DNA from: Lama glama
Taxonomy: Eukaryota
Length of the DNA stretch: 64,000 bases
Assembly: GCA_028534125.1 (NCBI GenBank)
Contig: CM052817.1
Location: 91,142,001-91,206,000 of the forward strand
Direction of reading: 5' to 3'
Under the pieces are notes generated by a model, which worked only from the letters and a program-made list of their open reading frames with translations, was not told the origin of the DNA and did not search any database. Within the stretch, counting starts at the first letter, position 1. Each line of letters starts with the position of its first letter. Below, piece by piece: positions 51,051-63,709 of this stretch. A program made the position numbers and the translations under genes.

Positions 51051-51324
51051 CCAAATCTGTTGTGCTAGGGTTTTCAAGTAAATTAGTTATTTTAACGAGG
51101 AGTATAGAACGACTGTTTTTCTACTTATTTCCCTATGACTGGTTTCAGTACGGGGTTGAATATGATCTCCCTGTGAAGAATGCGTTTTTTCATTTCCGTG
51201 CCAATCGTCTCGTGTTCTATCTTCCTCTCTACTTCTCAACATTCTCCTATCTTTTCTCTTTCTCTCCGTCTTAAACAGAGACAGGCACCGGGAGGGCACA
51301 TCGCCTCACTTTTTGGTGTAACAT

Positions 51325-51343
51325 CAGCGCCCTCTGCTGGCCT
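51325..51343 (-). promoter_or_regulatory. CTCF motif, near-consensus
   Basis: Minus strand reads AGGCCAGCAGAGGGCGCTG. Confidence 0.75.
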
Positions 51344-52387
51344 AAGTGCAAACAACTCAGCATCCAGACAGGTTCAGACCGGATGTGCAGGTTGGAAGAA
51401 AACATTCAGACGTTCTCCCTTCTCTGGGCAAACACTGCAAGTATTGTTGAAATGAATAATTTATTAAACCACAGTTGTTTATCGACTGCCCTTTCATCAT
51501 TTACTTTTCAGTTATTAAACATACTCGGCGAAGCGCTTGGTGTCAGCCTTGACTCGACTTGCAGCTTCTTTCAGAGCCAGTGATGTTCCCAGCCCCCTCG
51601 CTTCTCTCCCCACACGAGGCACGTTTTCGATCTCTTTTGTCAGGTCAGGGTCAAACTACAGTTGCTCTGTGATGACTTTATCAATTCTCAGTTGACAGAC
51701 TCTAAATGAAAAAAATGCCTACTGCTGCCTCCTCGCTGCTTAAGAAGGAGAGTTGTGTGCGTAATGTTCTGTCAGTCCAGCAAGATCTGTGACAGACGCG
51801 AGGAGTCAGGTGAAATAAGAAAAAGATGTTTTTAATGCCTTTTATTAGTCTTCCTTCCTTATATCAAGGAGCAGATGACATCAATCCTAAGCCATCCTAA
51901 ACCCGAACAGGCAAGGGAGGAAACGTTCCCAACCATATTGTGAATTGAGGTAATAAGCCAGACCTGCTTTAAGTAAACATGCTAATGATCTCCCTTCACC
52001 TAGAAGTGATTCAAAGTCAAAAGCACCGGGTGTAAGTGGGAGGGAGCCCTTTCCCCAAGAAGAAAATTCTCTGACTCCAGGTTTGAAGGGACACATCAGT
52101 GGGTACCCAAAAGAGCCTCTGCTTTTGAAGGGCAAACACTTCCAACCATCTAGAGTTTCAGAAATACATGCTGTAATCCCTAAAAAAATGAATACATAAA
52201 TAAGGCTCAAGGCAAAGAAGGAAACAGAAACTCTCAAAAATGAGTGGGAGATTTCATTCTAAAGCCCATAGTTTAAAAATGTGATTAATATTGATACTGT
52301 ACACAAGCACAAGAAAGCCGTCATGCCTCCTTCTTCCCACCACCCCCTCCTCTCTGTCCTCCTGAAATGCAGCAAGTTTCCTTTCCA

Positions 52388-52756
52388 TCTAAAGAAAAAA
52401 GAAAAAACAAAAACAAAAACAAAAAACAGGACACAAACTCATTTACAAAACAGAAACAGATTCACAGAAATGGTAAATAATCTTATGGTTACCAGGGGAA
52501 AGGGGATGGGTTGGAAGGGATAAATTTGGGAGTATGAGATTTGCAAATCTTAGCCACTATGTACAAAAATAGATTTAAAAAACCAAAAAACAAATTTCTT
52601 CTGAACAGCACAGAGAACTATTTTCAATATCTTGTAATAACCTTCAATGAAAAAGAATATGAAAACGAATATATGTATGTATACGCATGACTGGGACATT
52701 ATGCTGTACACTAGAAATTGACACATTGTAACTGACTGTACTTCAATTTTAAAAAA
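52388..52756 (+). mobile_element. Young L1 3' end
   Basis: aactcatttacaaaacagaaacagattcacag...aactgactgtacttcaat. Exact 14-bp TSD aagtttcctttcca at 52374-52387 / 52757-52770. Confidence 0.93.
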
Positions 52757-53074
52757 AAGTTTCCTTTCCAAAAATCATTAGAGATTTATGTTTGAATGCA
52801 GTAAGACCTGTTACCAAATGTTGCCCCCCAAAATTGTTAATAAAATTAGAACTGTCATCAAATTACTCCTTTCTTTCCCTCAAACTAAATGTGATTTTCA
52901 AGTAAGACACAACTTGATATTTTCTCTCCCAACACTAATATTAGCAGGCTGAGCGTCTGGAGGTTGGGAGGACCCGCCAAGGGGTGGTGGAGGAGGGTGT
53001 CAGGGAGGGACCCTACCAGCAGGTTCACATAAACCAAAGCATTGGATCAACTAGTCTGTAAGATAGAGTACATT

Positions 53075-53320
53075 TCAGTGGTTAAGAGCAAGGAATTTGA
53101 AGTGGCTCTGACCTTCTGACCCGGGTCCCAATGGTGGTTTTGCCAGGTAATCAGCCGTGTGACTTGAACATGTCTCATAAATTGACTAAGCTTCAGGCTC
53201 CTTGTTTGTAAAATAAAGTGATGCTTCTTCCTTCATGAAATTAAATAGGAGCATTAATAATGTCATAAACATAAAGTACTAGCACAAATAGTGGTGCAGG
53301 AAACTTGCAATGTGTATAGG
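53075..53320 (+). mobile_element. MIR
   Basis: cagtggttaagagcaaggaatttgaag...gtgtgacttgaacatgtc...taaagtactagcaca. Confidence 0.7.
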
Positions 53321-53582
53321 GGACCCTTCACTTCCTATTTTTACTCCCTTATTTCCATTCCAAACACCAGTCAAGAAAAGGATTGTCTCATGTTTCAACT
53401 TCCTAAATCCTGCCTGCCTTCATTTATCCAGCAATCATTTATTGAATCCTTACTATGTTCCAAGTGGTATTCTAGGGTCCAGCTACTCAAATATGAAAAA
53501 CAGAGTCTTCACCCTCTAGGAAGAGAACACATAAATTAATTATCTATATAATAAAATTTAGTCTCTATTTGTCTCTTCATAA

Positions 53583-53954
53583 TGTCGAACAGTAATCAGT
53601 ATCAAGGCTGCAAAGAACAAAGGGCTTTCTTTGGGGTCTTAAGAATGACAATTTTGCAGACACAGATTTGGGTAAAACCGAAAGACGTTCTGGAGAAGAA
53701 AAGAGTCAGGAGTATATAAAGACAAAAGTCAGGAACCTGTACTCTGACACAAGAAAAGAAATATTTGTCCTTAAAGGATGGTTGTCATGAGTTGTTTTAG
53801 GGGAAGTGTCTGATAAGTATCTTGAGTTTCTGGCATTAAAAGGTCAGATTCCACCCAGGCTGAGACATGCGTAAGTCACTTCCTCAGTGGCCTCCTGGCT
53901 TATTTTGGAGAGCTCTCTTAGCAATACCAACTCCATTTTGATTTTCCTTTCACA
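53583..53954 (-). mobile_element. MER31/MER67-like ERV1 solo LTR
   Basis: Minus strand starts tgtgaaaggaaaatcaaaatggag and ends ...ttcgaca. No clean TSD. Confidence 0.6.
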
Positions 53955-56900
53955 GTCATTGGCACCATAATAGCTGGTGTCATATCTGGCAGTGTGGCAT
54001 AGATAAAATCCACTTTGGGGGAGGGTATTTAGGAGTAGGAAGGAACAAGAATTTTTTTTTTTTTACATACAAAGTAATATAACAAATCATTCATTCAGAG
54101 TAACACAGAATGCTGAAAGTTTAAATTTATAAATCTATGTATTCTGAATGTTACCTTAATTTTACGAATGGTAAAGGAGCCCCAAAATGCTCATAATTTT
54201 TTTTCTTGCAATTGTCCATTTTAACTGTCCTGTTTTTTTTCCCCTGTGAAGTCACATAAAAAATCATGCTCAGGAGAAAAAAAAATGTCATCTTGAATAT
54301 ACATAAATTTAGATCTTCACCAGCAAAAGCTATGAAAATTTTAGTACTTTGAGAGTCTGAATCTATTTTTCTCTGTTGTGTCCCCAGTTCCTAGTCCAAA
54401 ATCCGACACAGAGTAGGTGCTCAGTGGATCTTTTCTGACAGAAAGAAGTAACAACATGAGGACTGATCAAGGCTCTTGTCAGGAAGCACCCACACAGGTG
54501 CCCAGAGGCCAGAGAACCTCGTGCCCTCCTGAGTACCCGTAGGTAGGCCGCATCTTCCCAGAAGCTGGAACCAGGGCAAGAAGACATCCGGGGGAGGAAC
54601 CCAAGGGGATCCTCTGGAGGTGCCTGAAGAGACTTGCCATTTATGCCACAAGGAGAAAATACAGATAGAATTTCAAATGAGCCCCAAATTGATTATTATG
54701 AATTTAATATTTGTTCACAATCCAAAATTCATCTCAATAGTCAAGGCCTAAAATAGAGAGGAGAGTTGAAAGTATAGCCTGTTGCCATGATAAACTCAGA
54801 ACCAATTCTGACCTCATTATCCAGAACCCAGCATTTTAAAAATAGCAACAGAGCCTAAGAGTACATTTATAAAAGATGCAGGCAGACAAGAGAAAGCAGT
54901 AATTAGCCCCTGGATCCAGTGGTTCCCTCAAATGACCTCCCTTTGCTTCCAAATGTCTGCAGAGAGCAAGTGTGTCCTTTCTATCCCAGCAAAGCAGACG
55001 CACAGATATACACTCACTGATTTTTGATCAGGGTGCTTCCTACAGGGCCTCCCCTACCAATACTGATTTGTATGCATTTCCAGCTAACAGAATGAAAAAT
55101 GTAGTATGTAAAGGAGTTTTATTACTATGTTGGAAATTATTACAACTCTGAATTAATTATTATAATTTTAGAAAAATCACTACAATTGTAATATTTCTTT
55201 CTGATCTTTCCATTAAACTTTAACATGATTAATAATTGTACTGGCAATGCCAGGTAATACAGTTAGTTACAAAAAAAAAAAAAGGCAAATGCAATGGTTG
55301 AATTATGCGGAAGTTATTATGGAAGCTGCAAAGAGAGTCCTGAAGGCAGTTTGAGGGGCAGAGTCGGGAGAGGCAGTTTTCTTGGAAGACTCAGTTGAGC
55401 CTTAAAACTTACCCTCCCCCCACTCCAGCTCCTCCTTTCCATTTGTATCTGCACACACACATATATGACCATTTTGAAAGGAATGAATAAATCTGGACCC
55501 TGAATATGTACAAATCCAAGAAAGGTACTTTGTAATTGAGTCCTTCCAAGCACATCAAAGACCTCTCTGTTGTCACATGGAAACAAACAGAATGACCAAA
55601 TAATCGATTTTCAAAATATTTTTCTATTGTGGAATATTTTAAAATATTTTCAGAGCAAAACAAGAGAAAAAGGACGATGAGGGGGAGAGGAAGAAGAAGG
55701 AGATGATTAAGTCCCCCAGCAGAAAGGAGCTGGAAATGTTTCTTTATACAAAGAAACTTTCTTCCCATAAATGCATGAAATTTTGTTCCCATAAATGTAT
55801 CTGTCCACCCTGCTCAGAATTTACGGACAGCCCATCATCATAAACCCAAGCACTTTTCATTATTTTTATCAGAGAAATGGAGCATGCTTACACTGGTAAG
55901 TGTTTCGAAGTTTCCTGAGCAATGATGCCAAGTGCAAGAAGGTGTTTTAATGTCCCCTACCTTCCTCCCTGGTCCCTAAGACACTCTCAGGACAATCGAG
56001 AATGCTGGGAACGGATCAGAACGATGGGAGGTTGAGAAAAATGTTGATAAGTTCCCTACAAACGAGACTCATGTCATATTTTCAAAAATACGGCTCATTC
56101 AAGCAGCAGCAAAAGAATGCTTGATGAGCTTGGACAGAGTGAAGTGATACGGTTGTCTGACCATGGCCTGGGCTTTCCTCCGCACCTTCTGTAGGGATCC
56201 ATTAAAGAAAGAGGAAATGGAAAGAGAAGCTCAGTGTGTGATGAATGTCAGTTACTATTACTTTTTATGAAGCTCTGCTGAAAGGCCTTGGGTATAGACT
56301 GGCATATAACAAGGTAAGTCCATAAATAAATAATCACCTGCATTCCAGGGTTATTTTATTCAGCCCTTTCTGTGAACTTGCTGAGACTCAGGTTACAAAA
56401 GAGATTCTCTCGACAGAGTGTAATAGGAACTTGTTGCTGTGCCAACGTGCTAAACAAAAACAAAAAAGATTTGTGGCTTCTGTCTCGGAGATCTGATGGA
56501 TTAGGGTAGTAGAGCCTTCACTTGTTGGTCAGGGGCGGGGTGAAGAACACTCAAATCCCCCTTGCCTCAGTGTTTGCTTCTCAGTACTTTTATGGCTGGT
56601 TTCGCTCTGATTTGGAAAGTCAGTAAGACTAGGAGCCTCTACAGACAAGGGACAGGATATGAGAGGCCACATATGGCCTTGCTTATAATAAGCCATGCTG
56701 ATCTATGTGCCACTGGGGGAGAATGTTTGGGAACCAAAACACAGACTTCCAAACAAGTGATAATAGTGCCTTATGCTTGCATAGTGTCTTTTTTTTTTTT
56801 CTGGATGCTTCTTCAAGCATTTTACAAACTTGTATAAAGGGTCCCTTACCAGCCATTGGGATGCAGTTGTATCTAGGGTCAAATAAAGACAGCAGCTCTG

Positions 56901-57339
56901 CCGGAAAGTGAATATGTTTTCAGGAAGAAAGTTTATTTTGTCTGTGTGCTTACGAAATTCTCTAATTTTTCTTTTCTGGGGGGCATTTCTGTGGGCTAGT
57001 GGGTACAGGGCTTAGGACTATTCCAATGCAAGCAAGCTGGGGAATGACCTGCTGCCCACATCCTTCCCTGCCCCTACAGATATAATTCAAGTGAGTGATA
57101 ATGCATTAAGTTAAATGCCTTAGCCAATTGGATAAGTATGAAGGTGTGGGGGCAGAGTTAGGGTGCAGAGGGGACCATGTACTGTGGAGAGATGAGATGG
57201 TGTTGTAGGCTAATTATAAGTCTCAGGCCTTTCTTACCAACAGCTGGCAGAGCCAGAGTCTCTTCTTCTCCCCAGCAGCCCACATCCCTAAACCATGGCC
57301 CAGGCCCAGCTACCAGCGGGAATTAGTATGGGGTCCCCA

Positions 57340-57440
57340 AAGGGCCAGTTTCATGGGCTGCAACCTGTCACCCAGGGCCCCCAACTCAAAAGGGCCTCAC
57401 ACTTGATTTTATGCTCCATTGTCGCCATCTTAAAATCCCT
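57340..57440 (+). mobile_element. MER91A-like hAT-Tip100 fragment
   Basis: agggccagtttcatgggc...cagggcccccaactcaaaagggcc...gtcgccatcttaaaat. Confidence 0.7.
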
Positions 57441-57715
57441 ATAGAAAACAAACTTAGGGTTACCAAAGGGGAATGGGTGAGGGAGGGATAAATTAGGAGT
57501 TTGGGATTAGCAGATACACACCACTATACATAAAATAGATAAACAACAAGGCCTTACTGTATAGCACAGGGAATTATACTTGATACCTTACATAAACCAT
57601 AATGGAAAAGAATATGTGTATATATATATATATATATACACATATATATGTAAGTGAATCACTATGCTGTACACCAAAAACTAACACAACATTGTACATC
57701 AACTATATGTCAGTT
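57441..57715 (+). mobile_element. L1 3' end
   Basis: atagaaaacaaacttagggttaccaaagggg...ggataaattaggagtttgggattagcagatacac...ctaacacaacattgta. Confidence 0.9.
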
Positions 57716-58594
57716 TAGATTGAAAGACAGGTAGATAGATAGATCCCCAAGCTGGAAATCAATCAAATCAACCAAATATCAATAAATCACCTAAACATGA
57801 CTATTGAAATCTCTGGATGATAGAACTATGAGTGGAGTATATATTCCTCTGTGTGCTTATCTATATTTTCCAAATTCCTACTTTTATAATGAGAAAAAGT
57901 TCTTCATTAAGACAGAGTAATCACTCTTTAAACACCTGCAGAATAAATGGATTCAATTTATTTTCCTATATAATTCTCCTGCTTTGAGGAATCTCTAGAC
58001 ATGTAAAATTGTAATTGGGGAAGGAAAAGTTTTAGGTGTAATTCAAACCCAGTCTCATTGAGACCCAAACAAGAACACCAAGAATTGCCTCCAAACATCA
58101 TCACACACACAGACACATACACATGAAAAATGAACGTGTCATCGTCTAAACATGAGTCATGTGAGGTTAAATCATGGCTTAGGAATAATGGTTTGGGGAC
58201 AGTCACAGGTAACCCAGTCTCACCAAAGGCCAAGATCCATTTGAGTATCCTCTTAAATTCAGAGCACATAAACATAAAAATATAAAACACATGATTTTTT
58301 GGTAAAACCTCACAGTTTTTGTGCACCTGTGTATGCACACACATGCACGTGCAAAGTAGACCTCAAAGGTCTGCAAAATAGATAACACATCACTCATAAA
58401 TGCAGTACATCTTTGAGAGATGCGCTGTGGGTCCAAGTACAGCTGGCCAGCAGACTTCTAGGAAATAGCATCAGGTCACACTTGAAATTTCAGGCCTCTA
58501 CTTTAAACTGTCACCTTTATTTTTGTCACTTTGGGGATATTGTTCTTTGGGGAATGCTGGGGATGAGAGCTATTTTAAGTTAAGATCTAAAAAG

Positions 58595-59151
58595 CTTTAC
58601 TGTATAGCACAGGGAGCTATATTAAATATCTTGTAATAACCTATAATGGGAAAGAATCTGGAAGTTATATTTATATGTATATGTATTGCGAAGGAAAAGC
58701 CGGGCTGGGCTAACAAGATAACTCACAAATCTAAGTATTGGAACACTGATCTGAGTTCTGCTAGACTAACTTGTAAATCTAGGTTAATTAGTGTCGGTTT
58801 GCTGTTCATGTTTTTTGCTAGCCAGCTGGGTTTTCAAAGATACATATCTGGCTTTGGAATGTTGGTTTGCTGCCTCCCCGCCTCCACTTTTGTGATGATA
58901 ATGCTGCTAAAGCTGTTCCATGCCTATTGGCCTAATACCCCAAGCTTGTACTTTACCCTATAAAACTTCATGCGCACGTCTTGGAGGTGCTCAGAGCTTC
59001 GGAGCAGAAGCTCCTCTGAGCCCGCTGGCATAATACATCTGAGTACTCCAACCCTCCAAGTGGCTTCCGTAACAGTATAACTTAATCACTTTGCTGTACA
59101 TCCAAAACTAACACAACATTGTAAATCAACTATACTTCAATTTTTTTAAAA
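58595..59151 (+). mobile_element. L1 3' end interrupted by an LTR
   Basis: tactgtatagcacagggagctatatt...[LTR]...aatcactttgctgtacatcc. TSD atctaaaaag at 58585-58594 / 59152-59161. Confidence 0.88.
58687..59074 (+). mobile_element. Young ERV1-type solo LTR (388 bp) inside the L1
   Basis: TG...CA termini, exact TSD GTAT (58683-58686 / 59075-59078), ATTGG box near 58926, ctataaaa near 58958, AATACA near 59032. Confidence 0.88.
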
Positions 59152-59798
59152 ATCTAAAAAGTTTAAGTTACTTAACATGAAAAGCAGTTCTGGAACTCTT
59201 GACCAGTTCAAATACCCAAGGTTGACCAAAGCCATCAAAAGCAGTATCACCAGCAAATCACCAAGATGCTCCTTCTTTCCCTTTGCAGTTTTGAAAGCAT
59301 AAAGAAATTTTGAAATTTAGGGAGCATTTGTGGTGTAAAAGTCATGAGAGAGTTTAAACAAAACAATACCACATGGACTTGCCCTGTTCACCAGCTCCAA
59401 GAGAACCACTCTTTAGTCAGCCTTCAGGAATAAAAGGGGACGTGGCAATCACCAACGAAACACTGCTTATTGTTCCAGCCTAAACAACCTGGAAATAAAG
59501 AACTTCCTATCATAAGTCAATTATATTTCAATTAAAAAAAAAGAAGATAAAAAGAGAAGAGTTTCCTTCATGCATCATTGATTCTCTACATTTCCTTCAC
59601 CTGGGTAATCCAATTAAAAAGTTCATACATATGTTTCATGATTGAAAATGCCAGTTAAATCCAGAAAATGAAATTAAGTCAATGATGCTTCCTTCACATT
59701 CAAAGGGTCTTTTCAAATGGAAATGGTGTTGACAGGACTGGGTGTGGGAATTCCCTGCATCTGCTGGAACAGATTCAAATGCTGACACCCGTCTACAG

Positions 59799-59817
59799 TT
59801 CCGCCCTCTGCTGAGGA
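59799..59817 (-). promoter_or_regulatory. CTCF-like motif
   Basis: Minus strand reads TCCTCAGCAGAGGGCGGAA. Confidence 0.4.
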
Positions 59818-61498
59818 GGCCACTTCAGAGGCAGCCGATTTCAGTCCAGCCTCGCACCTGCACACACCCCCGGGCCATAGGGCTGGAAAAATAAAAGATT
59901 GCCACCAGTTTTATTCCTCTTTCCTCTAATGAGTTTTGAAAGGTTTATTTTTACCAAAGAAAGAATGAATGCCTCTTACATACTGTGTGTGTGGGGCTGG
60001 GGGGAGATGTCCTTTCTGGAAGTAATTGAAAATATGTTTTGCAGCCACTTACAAACTCTTTTCCAAAGGCTTCCTTTTCTAATTAACTCACAATGCTTAG
60101 CTCTGAAATTCACTGGGTAGAGAGTGACATCTAGTGTGTAGTCAAAGAATTTGAAATACATGCATTTGGGTGAAGGGCCTAAGGTCTAGGTTTATAACTT
60201 TAACTTTTAATTGCTCCCGTTCTAATACAATAATAACTGCTAGGTGGAAATGTAAGGCTGGCCTCATCCAAGTTTCAAGAAGTTCTGAAATTATGAGACA
60301 GACTCTTTTCTCTGGATATTTAGAAAATTTTGGATGTTTTAAGGCACATTTTGGCTAAAGAAACATGCTGATCCTAAAAGCAATTTGTATGGGGACAAGG
60401 TAAGGTCATAACACCTGAGAGATGAAATATGGCTTTTCCCTGAGGTCAAAAAAAAGTAATTTTCACCTTAAAGTTACAGTGAAAGGGATCAGTTGTGGTC
60501 AGCCGCCCCTGAACACTAGTAGCTTGTCCTCGTGGCAATTTTTCCGGGCTAGGCAGGTGGACAGTTCGAAACTAATGCAAGAGGAAGCGGTCACTGCCAA
60601 TGTCACTGACATGCGGATACCTCACGTGCACCACGTCTGTGCAGCAGTGACTTGGGTGGAGCAAGGCAAGGGCCTTCCTCGAAATGTAAATCAAGTGCTA
60701 ATGTAGTGACTCAGCAGAGGAGGGGATCCTATAGAAGGAACAGAAACGATTTGGTTGCGATGATCAAATTATGAATAAAATTTCTGACATGAACAAATGG
60801 CAAGAAAGGGCATTCCAGGCCAAGGAAACCCCATGAGCAAAAACAGATATGAACAGTTCTGAGTACAGCCCTGCTTTTATTGAACAGTAAGTGGTATATT
60901 CTGATCCAGATGCAAGGCACATATGGAGGAGACACAGAAGGTGATGTTGACTGGCAGCATGCCAATGGAGAAATTTCTATAAGGTCCTTGGTGCCTCATA
61001 TCAACACTATTTACTAAGGATGCATGCCTGCATTCTCTGATGCACAGAGCCCATAAAAGGAGCATGAAGCAAAGCAGAAAAGCTAGTGTACAGTCACTTA
61101 TGACAATTAAAAGAGATAAGTCCAGGTCCATCACTGCCACGGTCATTGCAGAGCCCAGGCATCCCCTGCTAACATCCATCACTGAGAATGAGCAATGTGC
61201 AGGGTCGTGTCTCCCCCATGACCACTCCTCACCTCTAGATTTAAAGAGAAGGATGTTAGATATTCCACAGAAGGAACTTGAGCATTTCTTCACAGGGGAG
61301 ATTATCGTCTTTAACCTTATCTATTCCACCAGTGAGGCAAAAATCTTTCTAACTAGATACGCATCAGTAGCCTGACCATATCTGCTTGCTTAAGCAGGGA
61401 TTACTTCATTCAAAATAGTTCCCTGTTCTCAGTAAGTTATCTTTGGATACAGTAAGGGAGACAAGAAATACTGACCAATTGAAAAATGGATGGGGGTA

Positions 61499-61630
61499 GG
61501 GGACTGGACATAGTTCAGTGGTAGAGCAGATGTTTAGCATGAATGAGGTCCTGGGTTCAACCCCCAGTATCTCCATGAAAGAAAGGAAGGAAAAAAAGAA
61601 GGAAGGAAGGAAGGAAGGAAGGAAGGAAGG
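61499..61630 (+). mobile_element. tRNA-Ala SINE (vic-1 type) with (GGAA)n tail
   Basis: tagttcagtggtagagc...gaggtcctgggttcaacccccagtatctcca followed by ggaa repeats. Confidence 0.85.
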
Positions 61631-62170
61631 GGGGGGAAAGGGCTGAGCCCTGTCAAATCTGTTTGACTTGTCTTTTCCCGTTTCAAAGGACAGAAGGCCC
61701 TTTCTTCTTTAAGGAAATGGAATAGGACATTTGAAAGCTGGTATCCAATCATGAAATGAGGGTACTTGGGAGAGATCCTAAAGTCTCAAGTTAGCATTGT
61801 ACTACCTTTATAATGTGTTAATTCAACACTTGAGGTATCCATTACACTCAGGCAGCTCCAAAGATTCATGATATGTAATCATTTGTTATTTTAGTGAGAT
61901 ACAAACTTGAATTAAGCCTGCTGTGAGGTTCAACATGTGTATCAGTCAGGTTCTACCAGAGAAAGAGACAGAGATTTATTGCAAAGATGTGGCTGATGAA
62001 ATTATGGAGACTGGCTAGGCAAGTTGGAAATCCAAAGAGCAGGCCAGCAAGCTGGAAAGTCACTATAGTCCTTATGCAAACATCAGTTTCACTCTTAAAG
62101 CCTTTCATTTCACTGAATTAGGCCCATTCAGATATCAAGAACAATATCCTTAAAATCAACTGATTGTGCA

Positions 62171-63709
62171 CCTGAAAAGATGCTCAGCATCACTAACCAT
62201 CAGGGAAATGCAAATCAAAACCACAACAAAGTATCATCTCACACCTATTGGAACGGCTATTATCAAAAGGACAAGAAACAACAAGTGTTGGCCAAGATTT
62301 GGAGAACAGGGAACACTTGTGCACGGTTGGTGAGAATGTAAATTGGTGCAGCCATTATGGAAAATGGTATGAAGATTCCTCAAAAAGTTAAAAATTGCTA
62401 TATGATCCAGTAATTCCACTCCTGGGTATGTATCCAAAGAAAACAAAAATACAAATTAGAAAAGATATCTGCACTCCTATGTTCATGGCAGCATTATTTT
62501 CAATAGCCAAGATATGAAAGCAACCAAGTGTCTCATCAATAGATGAAAGGATAAAGAAGACGTCAGATATATAGATATATAGATATACAATGGAATATTA
62601 CTCAGCCGTAAAAAAGAATGAAATCTTGCCATTTGTGACAACATGGATAGACCTAGAGAGTATTATGCCAAGGGAAATAAGTCAGAAAAAGACATATACT
62701 GTATGATTTCACTTATATGTGTAGTCTAAAGAACATAACAAATGAACAAACATAACAAAACAGAAACAGACTTATAGGTACAGAGAACCAACAGATGGTC
62801 ACAGAGGAGGGGGATGTAGGGGGAGGAAAGAAATAGATGAGAGACATTAAGAGGTATAAACTTCTAGTTGCAAAATAAATGAGTCACAGGTATGAAATGT
62901 ACAGTGCGGGGAATACTGTCAATAACAAAATAACATCTTTGCATGGTGACATATTGTTACTAGACTTATCTTGGTGATCATCTTGAAATGTCTAGGAAAA
63001 AGTCACTACATTGTGTAACGGGAACTAATGTAGTGTTATAAGTCAATTACACTTCAAAAACAAACTTACAGAAAAAGAGATCAGATTTGTGATTACCAGA
63101 GGGGTGGGGATGGGGAATTGGATAAAGGCAGTCAAAAGGTACTATAAACTTCAGTTATAAGATAAATAAGTGTTAGGGATATAATGTACAACATGATAAA
63201 TATAATTAACACAGATGTATGTTATATATGAAAGAGAGTAAATCCAGAGTTCTCACGACCAAAAAAAATTTTTTCTCTTTAATCTTGTGTTTCTAAGAGA
63301 TGATGGATGTTCGCTAAACTTATTGTGATAATCATTCTATGATGTGTGTAAATCAAATTATTATCCTGTACACCATAAACTTTTTCTCTCTTCTTCCAGT
63401 TTTATTGAACTATAATTGACATACAACACTGCATAGGTTTAAGGTGTACAGCATAATGATTTGATTTACATACATCATGAAGAGATTATCGCAATAAGTT
63501 TAGTAAACATTCATCATCTCTTATAGGTACAAAATTAAAGAGAGACAAGAAAACTTTTTTCTCCTGATGCGAACTCTTAGAATTTACTGTCTTAACTTTC
63601 ATATATAACATACAGCAGTGTTAATTATACTTACCATGTTGTACACACTTTAAACTTGTACAGTGCTGTCTATCAATTGTATCTCAATAAAACTGGAAGA
63701 AAAAGAAAT
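62171..63709 (+). mobile_element. L1 (L1MA-type) ORF2 C-terminus plus 3'UTR
   Basis: gaaaagatgctcagcatcacta...gaaatgcaaatcaaaaccaca...tatctcaataaaactggaagaaaaa. TSD aaaatcaactgattgtgca (62152-62170) / aaagtcaactgattgtaca (63710-63728). Confidence 0.92.
63383..63644 (-). mobile_element. Antisense L1 3' end of the same family nested in the host L1 3'UTR
   Basis: ttcttccagttttattgaactataattgacatacaacactg... TSD acaccataaactt (63370-63382) / acactttaaactt (63645-63657). Confidence 0.85.

Noticed and set aside
9017..60712. About a dozen AP-1 heptamers across the window
   Set aside because: Roughly 8 are expected by chance in 64 kb and they are dispersed, so this is not a convincing enrichment.
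18404..61630. tRNA-Ala(AGC)-like sequences as functional tRNA genes
   Set aside because: All five have stem mismatches and A-rich tails, and one pair has a clear TSD. They are SINEs.
62234..62446. 70-aa ORF and similar short ORFs at 41399-42069
   Set aside because: They are antisense or fragmentary translations of L1 sequence, not host genes.
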